From a virus (Duplodnaviria; Caudoviricetes): a stretch of 45,816 nt of DNA. Positions 8,070-17,136 of the stretch are shown here, one piece after another; the first letter of the stretch is position 1; each line of letters starts with the position of its first letter. The notes under the pieces were generated by a model. It searched no databases. It was not told where the DNA came from and saw nothing but the letters and a program-made list of their open reading frames with translations. The stretch lies in IMG/VR virus record IMGVR_UViG_3300032225_000723, positions 1 through 45,816 of that record; one strand, given 5' to 3'. Both the position numbers and the translations under genes were made by a program.

Positions 8070-9554
8070 GTGAATACAAACCATATCAAACTCGCTTTAT
8101 CAAAACTCTCTCAACCAGTTCTCAATGCAGTGCTAGTCAATCATGGCTTTGCAGTTGAGGCAAACAAGACTAATGCCATCACACTCATCGAGGACTTAAT
8201 CAACAACGGCAAGGTCACTCTCTCTCAGGTGCAGAGCACACAGGCAACGGCAGTCAATTCTGTTGCTACCAGTGCGAACGTTCCTGATGACATCCGCAAG
8301 AAGTTACTCAGCGCACAGGCTGAAGTTGCCAATGCAGTTGCAGAGGTCGAACGTGTTCGTGAAGTTGCGAATCGTTTGCTCGATGACAACCTCAAGCAAC
8401 AGAATGCGAACGACAAAAAGTTCAACGAGTTGACTACTCGTTTGAACAACGAGTTGAACGCAGTGCAAGGTGTTGACTACAACAAGGTCGAGTCTGCAAT
8501 TGCAAGCAGTGTTGCAAAGTCTTTCAGTGCATTCCGCAAGGTCACACCGAAAGAAGAGTTGGTCACCATCGCCAGTGCATTGCCTGTATGCGAACGCAAA
8601 CTGGTCAAGGACGTGTTCACTGGTCAGCAGTTGTCATACGAGCACAAGGGTGAGGTGATTGACTTCTCGAACAACCTCATCGATGTGTGGAACGATTCAT
8701 CTGCTCCCGCTCGTGTCGATGACTACGTGTTCAATGCAGAGCACTTGCATCAGACCTTGTGTGCGCTTGACGGTTCGTTGCCTGACAACGTGTGGCTTGC
8801 GGGTGAGCGTGGCACTGGCAAGACAGAGTTCGTGACTCAAGTTGCATCACGTCTTGGTCGCAGACTTTTCAAGGTGTCATTCGATGAGTCAATCGAGCGC
8901 ACTGAGTTCATCGGTGGCAATACGATTCTGAACGGCAACGTGGTGTGGAAAGAGGGCATCATCACTCAAGCAATCCAACACACTGGCGCAATCGTTCTGC
9001 TCGATGAAATCGGTTTTGCTCGTGCACAGAATCTCGCAGTGTTGCATGCAGTGACAGAGCCATCGCCTCATCGTGCTCTCGTTATCTCTGAAACTGGTGT
9101 TCGCATTCCAGTTGCATCGCACGTTGTGTTCTTCTGCGCTGATAACTCGAACGGTCATGGTGATGCGACAGGAAACTTTGCGGGTGTGCGTGACCAAAAC
9201 ACTGCGTTCATTGACCGCTTTAGTTACACACTGGAGTTCGAGTACTTGCCACACGATGCAGAGGTCGCATTGTTGTGCACACGTACTGGCATCCCTCACG
9301 ATGCAAGCAACGTGTTGGTGACGTTCGCTAACACTGCTCGTGAGAAAGCACGTGCGGGTTTGTTAACTCAACCTCCATCACTGCGCCAGTTGTTTGCGTG
9401 GGCAAGAGCAATACAAAAAGGTGTGCCAGTTTCAATCGCATTCGAGAATGCCATCGTCAACAAGTTCCCCGCAGACTGCGAGGCTGAGTTGCGTGGTGTG
9501 TTCAGTGCAACGATTGATGTTGGTTCGTTGAAATCTTTTCTCGTTAAGAAGTAA
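8070..9554 (+). CDS. MoxR/CbbQ/CobS-type AAA+ ATPase
   Basis: Walker A GERGTGKT, Walker B LLDE, AFIDRF arginine finger, SLRQL sensor 2; coiled-coil N-terminus. Confidence 0.9.
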   Translation: MNTNHIKLALSKLSQPVLNAVLVNHGFAVEANKTNAITLIEDLINNGKVTLSQVQSTQATAVNSVATSANVPDDIRKKLLSAQAEVANAVAEVERVREVANRLLDDNLKQQNANDKKFNELTTRLNNELNAVQGVDYNKVESAIASSVAKSFSAFRKVTPKEELVTIASALPVCERKLVKDVFTGQQLSYEHKGEVIDFSNNLIDVWNDSSAPARVDDYVFNAEHLHQTLCALDGSLPDNVWLAGERGTGKTEFVTQVASRLGRRLFKVSFDESIERTEFIGGNTILNGNVVWKEGIITQAIQHTGAIVLLDEIGFARAQNLAVLHAVTEPSPHRALVISETGVRIPVASHVVFFCADNSNGHGDATGNFAGVRDQNTAFIDRFSYTLEFEYLPHDAEVALLCTRTGIPHDASNVLVTFANTAREKARAGLLTQPPSLRQLFAWARAIQKGVPVSIAFENAIVNKFPADCEAELRGVFSATIDVGSLKSFLVKK

Positions 9555-9563
9555 GGAGGCTAC

Positions 9564-10691
9564 ATGTTAGGTACTGACGTTAAGCGTGGTGTCGCATCAA
9601 CACTAGAGCGTGTGTTCAATTCAAATGGCGAACGGTTCGACAAGTTAGAAGTCTTGTGGACAGGGCGCACTGCGGGAATCATCTTCAATCGTACGTTGTT
9701 CAAGTGCGATGCCAAGGTGCTCTTCCCCGCCATTGATGAGACCGCACAAATCCCCAACGATACTTTCAATAACCTCATCGGGTATGCGTTGCATGAGTTG
9801 GGTCATGCATGGTTCACCGATAACAAACCTTGGGACGATGCACGTAATCGTCATGGTCACTTTGTGAGCAATCTCATCAACGGTCTTGAAGACCCACGCA
9901 TTGAGCGTAAGGTCATCGAGTCAGGTCGTGCGCCAAACAGTCGTGCGTTGTTTGAGAATCTTCTTAACTCTGTTCTCAAGCGTGATGGTTACGTTGAGGC
10001 TGATGACAAAAAGAACATTCCCTTTCTGCTTGCAGTTGAGGGTAGACGTTTAAACGGTTATCAAATCAACGTTTCAAACATCATCAACGATTCACCTTGG
10101 GCAAAGCATTTGCACTGGGCACTCAAACGTGCAAGCCAAGCCAAGGACACCGCAACGATTGTGAAGATTGCAATCGAGTTGTTCAAACGTATCAAGGAAC
10201 AAGAGCAAGCGGGTAAGTCAGAGGGCAACGAGAAGTCTGACGAGGGTCAACCTCAACAGGGTGACGGTCAAGACGGTCAGCCACAGGGTGACAAGCCCAG
10301 TGACAAACCTAGTGATGGTCAGCCTAGTGACAAGCAAGACGGTGACAAGCCAAAGCAAGACGGTGAGAACGGTCAGCCTGATGGTGAGGGTGACGGTCAA
10401 CCTGACGGTGACGGTGAGCAAGGTGACGGTTCTAATGGCTCTGACAGTGGTGATGGTCAGGACGGTCAGGACGGTCAGCCTAGTGAGTCAGACGGTGAGT
10501 CAGAGGGTGACTCGCAAGATGGCGAGGGTGGTGGTAACGGCAAGAGCGATACAAGTTTTGATGGTGGTCGTGATGTAGAACCAAGCGACTTCATTCAAGG
10601 CGAGTTGACCAAGCACTCATCGAGCGCAGACAACGTGACAAGCAGACCGTCAGTTGGCAAGCCTCGTGTTGAAACTTTTAATTGGAGGTAA
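9564..10691 (+). CDS. CobT-N-like metallopeptidase-motif protein with acidic G/D/Q linker
   Basis: HELGH and NGLEDPRIER motifs; follows the AAA+ gene; low-complexity GDGQ tail. Confidence 0.75.
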   Translation: MLGTDVKRGVASTLERVFNSNGERFDKLEVLWTGRTAGIIFNRTLFKCDAKVLFPAIDETAQIPNDTFNNLIGYALHELGHAWFTDNKPWDDARNRHGHFVSNLINGLEDPRIERKVIESGRAPNSRALFENLLNSVLKRDGYVEADDKKNIPFLLAVEGRRLNGYQINVSNIINDSPWAKHLHWALKRASQAKDTATIVKIAIELFKRIKEQEQAGKSEGNEKSDEGQPQQGDGQDGQPQGDKPSDKPSDGQPSDKQDGDKPKQDGENGQPDGEGDGQPDGDGEQGDGSNGSDSGDGQDGQDGQPSESDGESEGDSQDGEGGGNGKSDTSFDGGRDVEPSDFIQGELTKHSSSADNVTSRPSVGKPRVETFNWR

Positions 10692-10696
10692 TCATC

Positions 10697-11506
10697 GTGG
10701 CTACATTAATCAAATCAGAATGTGAGCGTAACTTTTCTTTTCAGTTCAACGCACAACCTAGTGGTCTCGGTGCTACTCGTGCCAACCTCTTGCGCCTATT
10801 GCGTTCGCTTGACCTCGTAGGTTGGAACACACACGAGGAGTCAGGACGTTTAGACCGTAAAGCGTTTACACGTTTTGCTACTGGCAGTACCGCAGTATTC
10901 AGCAAGCGTGTGCACGTTGATGCCGAGACTTCAGCAGTATCAATCTTGATTGACTGTTCGGGTTCGATGAGCAATGGTGGTTTGATTCAGACTGCCGAGG
11001 CTTTGACTATCCAGTTGTCACGCATCCTCGACAAAGCGAACGTTGAGTTCAACGTCACTGGGTTCTACGGTGAAGATGGTCGCATTCGTTCAGAGGCAAG
11101 TGGCGCAGTCAAGACTGACGTGAGCATCAAGTACGAGCGCCCTACATTCGTACCGTTCAAGACTTGGAAAGATTCACTGCAACGTGCATCTGCTAAGTTG
11201 GGTTCGATACATCAGTGGGCACAGTCAGCAACACCTGACTACTCATCAATCAGTATCACGATTGAAGAGTTGGCGCAACGTCAAGAGCAACGCAAGATTT
11301 TGTTCTTGCTCACTGATGCCAGTGGTTACAACAAGGCTCACATGAAACACTTGCAGTCAGTTGCTGACAAGTTGAATGTGAAGATTGTCGCAATCGGTAT
11401 TGGTCGCACTGATGTCAAGGAATGCTTTCGCTCAAGCGAGAACGTTACGAGCATCGATGGTCTTGCATCTGCATCGTTTAACAAGTTGCTAAAGGAGTTG
11501 CAATGA
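10697..11506 (+). CDS. VWA-domain protein (CobT C-terminal-like)
   Basis: SGRLD, MIDAS DCSGS, LLTDA, IGIG; GTG start after GGAGG. Confidence 0.85.
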   Translation: MATLIKSECERNFSFQFNAQPSGLGATRANLLRLLRSLDLVGWNTHEESGRLDRKAFTRFATGSTAVFSKRVHVDAETSAVSILIDCSGSMSNGGLIQTAEALTIQLSRILDKANVEFNVTGFYGEDGRIRSEASGAVKTDVSIKYERPTFVPFKTWKDSLQRASAKLGSIHQWAQSATPDYSSISITIEELAQRQEQRKILFLLTDASGYNKAHMKHLQSVADKLNVKIVAIGIGRTDVKECFRSSENVTSIDGLASASFNKLLKELQ

Positions 11507-11688
11507 TGAACAGTTTGTGGTCTGAATGCATCGAGCAAGACGATGACAAACTGTTTGTCTTGCATGAAGTATTTACTAGATTTGATGGGGCTGAGTATAA
11601 GTTGAAGTTGAATGCTCAGTGCCCTGTCAACGCAATCGAAATCGCACGTTCAATTCCAATCAAACACTGGGAGAAACTAAATGTATAA
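11503..11688 (+). CDS. Hypothetical protein
   Basis: AAGGAG RBS; coupled ORF. Confidence 0.6.
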   Translation: MMNSLWSECIEQDDDKLFVLHEVFTRFDGAEYKLKLNAQCPVNAIEIARSIPIKHWEKLNV

Positions 11689-11866
11689 AGAAGAAATTAT
11701 TAAGCACTTCACAATCCTCTGCACCTCCAACGGTTACATGATTGAGCATGAAGACGATGACGGTGGATATGAATATATCCATGCGCCCAATGGTGACAAC
11801 ACGTTTGACACGTACTCGCAAGCAACGGTTGTCTTGGCTCATTACTTACTGGGGGTGGTGCTATGA
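11681..11866 (+). CDS. Hypothetical protein
   Basis: GGAG RBS; coupled ORF. Confidence 0.6.
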   Translation: MYKEEIIKHFTILCTSNGYMIEHEDDDGGYEYIHAPNGDNTFDTYSQATVVLAHYLLGVVL

Positions 11867-12045
11867 CTCAATACAAATGGGAAGTCGCATGCGTTGACCA
11901 ACGCTTTGACGATGAGGGTTTTGAAATTGGTCGTTCTGTTAAAACCCACGATGGCAAGTGGGCTTATGAAATTTACAAACAAGTGTTCGTGCATCGTGCT
12001 GATGCCGAGCGTGTTGCTGAACGTTTAAACAAGGAGCAATCATGA
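11863..12045 (+). CDS. Hypothetical protein
   Basis: ATGA overlap with previous ORF. Confidence 0.6.
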   Translation: MTQYKWEVACVDQRFDDEGFEIGRSVKTHDGKWAYEIYKQVFVHRADAERVAERLNKEQS

Positions 12046-12191
12046 TTGATATTGATGAATTGAAGAGTGACATCCAAGAGTTGCTTGACCTGACAGTGGA
12101 GGAGCATGCCACTGGCACTGTCAACAAAGAGGCTGACAAGTTGTGGTCAAAGATTGATGGCACGTTAAACAAACTAAAGGAGTTGTTATGA
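12042..12191 (+). CDS. Hypothetical protein (49 aa)
   Basis: Hand-translated MIDIDELKSDIQELLDL...; AAGGAG RBS; ATGA overlaps on both sides. Confidence 0.65.
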   Translation: MIDIDELKSDIQELLDLTVEEHATGTVNKEADKLWSKIDGTLNKLKELL

Positions 12192-12520
12192 GCACTGATT
12201 ACTATCACACCGACAGTTCGGCACGTGACACCATTCGTAACTACAGGGATGGCAATGGGTTCGATACGTTCGCAGAGGCTATCGCTGACATGCAAGCATG
12301 CATCGATGACCTTGACGATGAAGACAAGAGCGCCCTGTGCTACGTTGAGCGCAAGCCTGACATGCTTAACCAGTTGTGCAACACACCTCGCAAGTTCATC
12401 AAGCGTTGGTGCGTGGTCGTGCAGTGGAGCGATGGCACGTCAGAGGAGCGTACCGATGTGCCACCTCTGCGTGACCTTGAGGAATGTTTTGATGAGTGGG
12501 AGTTGGAGGCTAACCAATGA
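12188..12520 (+). CDS. Hypothetical acidic protein
   Basis: 110 aa; AAGGAG RBS. Confidence 0.65.
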   Translation: MSTDYYHTDSSARDTIRNYRDGNGFDTFAEAIADMQACIDDLDDEDKSALCYVERKPDMLNQLCNTPRKFIKRWCVVVQWSDGTSEERTDVPPLRDLEECFDEWELEANQ

Positions 12521-12663
12521 AGATTAAACCAACCAACCCTGTGGTCAAGGCGATGATTGAACAACCCAACCGCTCGATTAAGAAACACAAATCGTCCCGA
12601 TGGAAACTGTTTCAAGACATCATCAAAAAAGAAATCAAAGAACGTGAAACTAATCAGCGATAA
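12517..12663 (+). CDS. Small basic protein (48 aa)
   Basis: Hand-translated MKIKPTNPVVKAMIEQPNRSIKKHKSSRW...; GGAGG RBS. Confidence 0.65.
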   Translation: MKIKPTNPVVKAMIEQPNRSIKKHKSSRWKLFQDIIKKEIKERETNQR

Positions 12664-12686
12664 AAAAGAATCTTGACACTAGTTCT

Positions 12687-12722
12687 TCCCCCCCTTGGGC
12701 AACCATCGGGGGGATTTTTTTT
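12687..12722 (+). terminator. Rho-independent terminator of early operon
   Basis: TCCCCCC..TGG-GCAA-CCA..GGGGGGA hairpin followed by 8 T. Confidence 0.85.
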
Positions 12723-12855
12723 GCCCAAATTTTTTAAAAGTGGGAAATTCCCCAGATGAAGGTAAAGCGTTTAAACGGTCTGCTGTTGGCGTATCCGCTT
12801 CGTTTCCTGCTTTTCAGGATTACCTGCCGTTGTTTAAACGGCAAGTGTTTACAGG

Positions 12856-14559
12856 TTAAAACGCATCCGTTTCTTCAAAGTAAGTTCCAGTTGCCTTGTT
12901 GTAACCAAGAGTTGTTTCGCCCTGAGTTCCAATCCATCTAAAGCGACACTTCCAAACCGCAATCTCTACGTCATTGGTTTTGGTGCGATGAACAGTGATA
13001 CCGCAATCTGCCTTTGCCCACCAAGCCATCGAGCCGGAGATAGCCATGCCGTCAGGTCTTGGCAAGTCCATGTTGGAGCGAGTGATTTTGGATGGGTGAG
13101 CCACAAACCAAATATGAACACCGTAAGCCTTTGCGAACGCTTGCATGCGTGTGAGCATTGATGAAATGAATTCGTGCTCTGCTTGACCGCTCTTGTTCTC
13201 AATGTAGTTGTATGGGTCAATGACTAAGCCACGTATACCGCTACGAGCAACGGCTACTCGTGCACGTTCAAGGATGGAATCAATTGATGATGGTTCAGCG
13301 CCCTCTGAATCTAAGAACAAGAAGTGGTTCTCTACCCACTTGAATGCCTCGTCCTTTTCTACTTCGTTCATGCGCTCCTTGCCATCAAAGAATCGTTTCT
13401 CTTTGTATATCTCCATGAGGCGAGAGATATGAATCTCAGGCTGATTCTCAAACGAACACAACGCAAACTTCCAATCATGCGCCTTGGCTAAGTTCACCAT
13501 CAGTTGGTCAACAAAGTTTGACTTACCGCTTGATGGATAACCAGTGACGATGGTCAGTTGACCTTGAGCCACTGTGTAAATTTCATCAACGTTGGAGTAG
13601 CCAGTAGAAACACCTTTGCCTGTGCCCTTACCCCATAAATCGTTTAAACGGTCTAAGAACTTGCTGGCAGTTGATAAACCCGCTACTGGATATGGCTCGG
13701 CAGATTCAACAATGTTTACAACCAGTTCTTTACCTTGGTCTAAGAATGCCTCGTTCAAATCCTTGTAAGCAAACTTAGCGATACGGCACTTGTCTTTGCC
13801 GATACGTCTAGCCAGTTCTTCCGCTAACGCTTGACCCGCAGTATCGGTGTCAGTTGCGATGGTGACGTAAGGAACATTTTTGAGCATGTCAAACGCATTC
13901 CATACAAAACTAAAACGCTTGTCTTCTGATGCATCAATCTTGCCATCAGTTACTTTCATTGGCGCACCGCTTGGCACTGAAAGCACGTTCTTGATACCGC
14001 ACTCCATGAGTGTTAGGGCATCAATCTCACCCTCAACAATTACCACTGGGAGCGTTTGGTCGATGTGGTCAATACCAAAAAAGTCATGCGCCCCACCCGC
14101 ATCTTGCGTAAAGTCTTTTGATTCAATCGAACGATACTTGGTTGAAACGTAGATACCGTTTCGGAAATACGGGAAGCCGATGGCATCGGTCTCCTTGTTT
14201 AAACGTTGAAAGTATTTGCTGGCGGAAAACAATTTCATCTCATCTGCCACTCGCTCTGAGATACCACGTGACTTCAAGAAGTTGAGGTGTTGTGGTTGTA
14301 ACTTGTTAAGAGTTGGCATTTGTTTGAGAGGAATCACGTTTTGCTCCTTGCGGTAAATTGGTTTAGATGGATATGTTTTGTTGGGTACGATGCCTCCAAT
14401 GCCACAGTGGTGGCAGTGATAGACCAACCCCTCGCTCTTGCGATGGATGGCTAAATCTTTTTGGTTGGATTTCTTGCGCTCGGTCTTGCAGTTTGGGCAA
14501 GTGACACGCTGAGAATCATCGATGTAAAGCGATGATATAAGTTCTGCTACTGCATTCAA
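12856..14559 (-). CDS. Primase-helicase (T7 gp4/Twinkle-like)
   Basis: Zn finger CPNC...CHHC, TOPRIM VEGEID / DTDTAG, SF4 helicase GYPSSGKS, VIDPYN, VAHP; TTG start after AGGAGG. Confidence 0.92.
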   Translation of the reverse strand: MNAVAELISSLYIDDSQRVTCPNCKTERKKSNQKDLAIHRKSEGLVYHCHHCGIGGIVPNKTYPSKPIYRKEQNVIPLKQMPTLNKLQPQHLNFLKSRGISERVADEMKLFSASKYFQRLNKETDAIGFPYFRNGIYVSTKYRSIESKDFTQDAGGAHDFFGIDHIDQTLPVVIVEGEIDALTLMECGIKNVLSVPSGAPMKVTDGKIDASEDKRFSFVWNAFDMLKNVPYVTIATDTDTAGQALAEELARRIGKDKCRIAKFAYKDLNEAFLDQGKELVVNIVESAEPYPVAGLSTASKFLDRLNDLWGKGTGKGVSTGYSNVDEIYTVAQGQLTIVTGYPSSGKSNFVDQLMVNLAKAHDWKFALCSFENQPEIHISRLMEIYKEKRFFDGKERMNEVEKDEAFKWVENHFLFLDSEGAEPSSIDSILERARVAVARSGIRGLVIDPYNYIENKSGQAEHEFISSMLTRMQAFAKAYGVHIWFVAHPSKITRSNMDLPRPDGMAISGSMAWWAKADCGITVHRTKTNDVEIAVWKCRFRWIGTQGETTLGYNKATGTYFEETDAF

Positions 14560-14576
14560 TTAAGCCTCCTACGAAT

Positions 14577-14813
14577 TTACTTTTTATTGTCCGACTTGTT
14601 CGCCCTTGGGGAACGTAGTCTTAAATTTCCTGTTTTTGTTTTGCCACCAGTTTTGATGGGTGTTATGTGGTCGATGTTTTTGCCTGTTCTGTCTATGCCT
14701 TTCTTATCGTATAGCCGTCTTGCTTTTTGACGTTCGAGTTGTCCTTTGTCATCTCCCCTTTGTAACTGGGTTTGATATTCTTTTTTCCAATCTCGTTTAT
14801 CTTTCGTTGCCAT
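14577..14813 (-). CDS. Small HNH endonuclease-like protein
   Basis: NIDHITPIKTGG...NLRLRSPRAN. Confidence 0.8.
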   Translation of the reverse strand: MATKDKRDWKKEYQTQLQRGDDKGQLERQKARRLYDKKGIDRTGKNIDHITPIKTGGKTKTGNLRLRSPRANKSDNKK

Positions 14814-15314
14814 GTTTGCCTTGTTACTATAAGTATTGATACACCTTGTATGTACTGCCCTCTTGGGGAGGGCAGACCTAGCCTTAAACTAGGTGTGCCT
14901 TAACAACCGCCCACATTGGCTCGATTGACCCGACAGACTTTTCATGCGAGGGACTCTGTCTTCGCCATCCCTTTTCGGTCTCTAACGCACTAACCATAGT
15001 ACCGACAATCTAACCTCTTGACCCTACCGTTTTTCATCGACAATCAAGAGCGAGTGATTATGTTACTGGGTTTCGTATGTACGTTGCAAGCGAATTTGTA
15101 AAAAAATATGGTAAACACCTAGCAACGATGTTTAAACTTTGTGATACTCAGCCGGGTCATTGACGACTCAGCCGGTAAAAACCAGATGTGCAAAAAAAAG
15201 AGAATGCGTTTAAACATTCTCTTAAACTCCGTGAAGGAGGAGGCAACTGCAATGAAGCAATCAACGTCTATTGTGAACCAATAAAAAATATTTTCAATCA
15301 GAACGTTTCTGTTG

Positions 15315-15344
15315 TTGACAGATTTTTTTTTCATGGTGTATGAT
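15315..15344 (+). promoter_or_regulatory. Sigma70 promoter of candidate sRNA
   Basis: TTGACA-N18-TATGAT. Confidence 0.7.
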
Positions 15345-15350
15345 TGCACC

Positions 15351-15422
15351 ACTATCTCGATTAAGCCTCCTGATACAGACCAGTAGGTCGGAAAGCCACC
15401 CTTAAAAAAGGTGGCTTTTTTT
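15351..15422 (+). ncRNA. Candidate small RNA with anti-Shine-Dalgarno seed
   Basis: Lies between a promoter and a terminator with no ORF; contains ATTAAGCCTCCT complementary to phage RBSs. Confidence 0.5.
15392..15422 (+). terminator. Rho-independent terminator
   Basis: AAAGCCACC-cttaaaaaa-GGTGGCTTT stem, T-run on + strand; may also stop convergent rusA transcription. Confidence 0.85.
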
Positions 15423-15786
15423 ATTCCCTTGGCGATACCTCTATTTCACACCGAGGGTTCTCTTTATCTACCCCCATCCAATAGATATGCTTTTCTTTGA
15501 CTTGCCTGTCGTTCTCATACAGAACGTCTTGCAGTAAATCAAGAATTAAACTCTCGTCCAAATCAGGTCTGCGTGATGCATACCAAATGCGAATCGTTAC
15601 TACAACATCGCCTGTAAATTTTTGGGAAGCAGGAACATTGCATTGTTGTTTAAACGCTTTAGCATAAGCCAGCGCTTTGCTGGACTTGATAAACATTGGC
15701 TTGCCACCGATGTACACCATCTTGCGTGAGTTTGCTTTGCTTGCGGGTTCGCCAAATATTTTTAGTGATAGTGTTTGCATAGTCAT
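15421..15786 (-). CDS. rusA: RusA-family Holliday junction resolvase
   Basis: GEPASKAN, RRPDLD, DLLQDVLYENDRQV motifs. Confidence 0.85.
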   Translation of the reverse strand: MTMQTLSLKIFGEPASKANSRKMVYIGGKPMFIKSSKALAYAKAFKQQCNVPASQKFTGDVVVTIRIWYASRRPDLDESLILDLLQDVLYENDRQVKEKHIYWMGVDKENPRCEIEVSPRE

Positions 15787-15803
15787 AAAAGTAGTGCTAT
15801 TAT
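15775..15803 (+). promoter_or_regulatory. Sigma70 promoter for recombination operon
   Basis: TTGCAT-N17-TATTAT with TGn extension, 24 bp before the 15827 start. Confidence 0.6.
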
Positions 15804-15826
15804 CAAAGTTCTTAAACGGAGGCTAA

Positions 15827-16720
15827 ATGAAGATTACGAACAAATTCAATGTACCCGAAACGTTGGTCGCTCTTGCATCAAGAGATTACTACAGTAAGGG
15901 CAAGTCTGACTACTCAGTCACAGAAATCATCTCACCACCACGCATTCAACGTCTCAGGCGCAAGCACCATGAAGAGATAGAGCAAGACGTGTCCGACATG
16001 TTGTGGATGCTATTAGGGACTGCACTGCATGTTGTAGCAGAACGTTCTGAGGTGGCGGGTCATACCAATGAAGAGCGCTTGTCTGTTGGTATTGATGACA
16101 TCATTCTTTCAGGTGCGATTGACTTACAAAAGAACGATGCAGATGGCACTGTCATTACTGACTACAAGTTTACGTCAGCATGGGCTTTGATGAACGACAA
16201 GCCTGAGTGGGAGCAACAACAAAACATTTACAAGTACTTAGTTGAGCGGGTGAAGAGGACTCAAGTTAAGAAGTTGGAAATCTGTGCGCTCATTCGTGAT
16301 TGGTCACGCAGAGAGGCAATGGTCAAGCCGTCTTATCCACAAGCACCAATTCAGATTATCAACATCCCTATGTGGACTCATGATAGGACTGAGGCATTCA
16401 TTAAAGAACGTGTCGAGATGCATCGTGACTCCAAGGTCAAAGCAGATTGGGATGAAGAGTTACCACTGTGCACAGAAGAAGACCGTTGGATTCGTGAAAC
16501 TAAGTATGCGTTGAAAAAAGAGGGGCGAAAAACTGCCGTCCGAGTTTTTGACAACGAGCAAGAGGCAAAAGATTTGTTGGCAACCATGCCCGACAAAGAC
16601 AAGGGATTCATAGAAATTCGCAAAGGGGAGGCAGTACGTTGCACTGGTAATTTTTGTGGTGTAGCGCAGTGGTGTACGCAGTATCAATCATCGTTAAAAG
16701 AGGAGGCAGAAGATGAGTAA
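15827..16720 (+). CDS. PD-(D/E)XK (Cas4/RecB-like) exonuclease
   Basis: LGTALH, SGAID, ITDYK motifs; C-terminal Cys cluster (C..RC...C....WC). Confidence 0.85.
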   Translation: MKITNKFNVPETLVALASRDYYSKGKSDYSVTEIISPPRIQRLRRKHHEEIEQDVSDMLWMLLGTALHVVAERSEVAGHTNEERLSVGIDDIILSGAIDLQKNDADGTVITDYKFTSAWALMNDKPEWEQQQNIYKYLVERVKRTQVKKLEICALIRDWSRREAMVKPSYPQAPIQIINIPMWTHDRTEAFIKERVEMHRDSKVKADWDEELPLCTEEDRWIRETKYALKKEGRKTAVRVFDNEQEAKDLLATMPDKDKGFIEIRKGEAVRCTGNFCGVAQWCTQYQSSLKEEAEDE

Positions 16721-16973
16721 CAAAGAACACGAAAATTTATTAAATCAATTTTTAAAAGATAAAGGCTGGAATCTTGAAGTCAATCTTGATGTAGACGAAG
16801 TTGATGTGTGTGAAATATCTGACAAAGAGTTGTTAGAAAGAGTTGTTGAACTTGGATTGTCTGAATACGACATCAGATGGGAGGGTTGCTATCAAAGAGT
16901 TTTGTTTCAAGAGTTAAATGAAAGACTTAAAAAACTTTTATATAAATTGGGGGATTCAGATGGAGACCACTAA
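16713..16973 (+). CDS. Hypothetical protein
   Basis: AGGAGG RBS; coupled ORF. Confidence 0.6.
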   Translation: MSNKEHENLLNQFLKDKGWNLEVNLDVDEVDVCEISDKELLERVVELGLSEYDIRWEGCYQRVLFQELNERLKKLLYKLGDSDGDH

Positions 16974-17136
16974 TTCTTTGGCAGACCAGTTACAAAACAT
17001 GGTAACGAACACGATTCTTGACAGAATTGTTTGCGATAAATCAGCGTTAAGACTGAGAGTGTTGGAGGCAGAGGTGGCATTTCAAACGAAACGTGCCGAT
17101 GCATTAGAGGCTAAATTAAATGGAGTTACTAAATGA
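16960..17136 (+). CDS. Hypothetical coiled-coil protein
   Basis: METTNSLADQ...; start placed at ATG 16960. Confidence 0.55.
   Translation: METTNSLADQLQNMVTNTILDRIVCDKSALRLRVLEAEVAFQTKRADALEAKLNGVTK

Noticed and set aside
10220-10545. DNA tandem repeat array (GGTGAC/GACGGT)
   Set aside because: Explained by a low-complexity G/D/Q protein linker
8070-11506. Cobalamin biosynthesis genes cobS/cobT
   Set aside because: No cobN or other B12 genes; the family is a general MoxR-VWA chaperone
15119-15352. 77 aa minus-strand ORF
   Set aside because: Runs through promoter and A-tract DNA, composition is unprotein-like and SD spacing is long; kept only as the alternative to the sRNA model
15827-16720. 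Cas4 as part of a CRISPR system
   Set aside because: Standalone exonuclease next to an ERF recombinase; an ordinary phage recombination module
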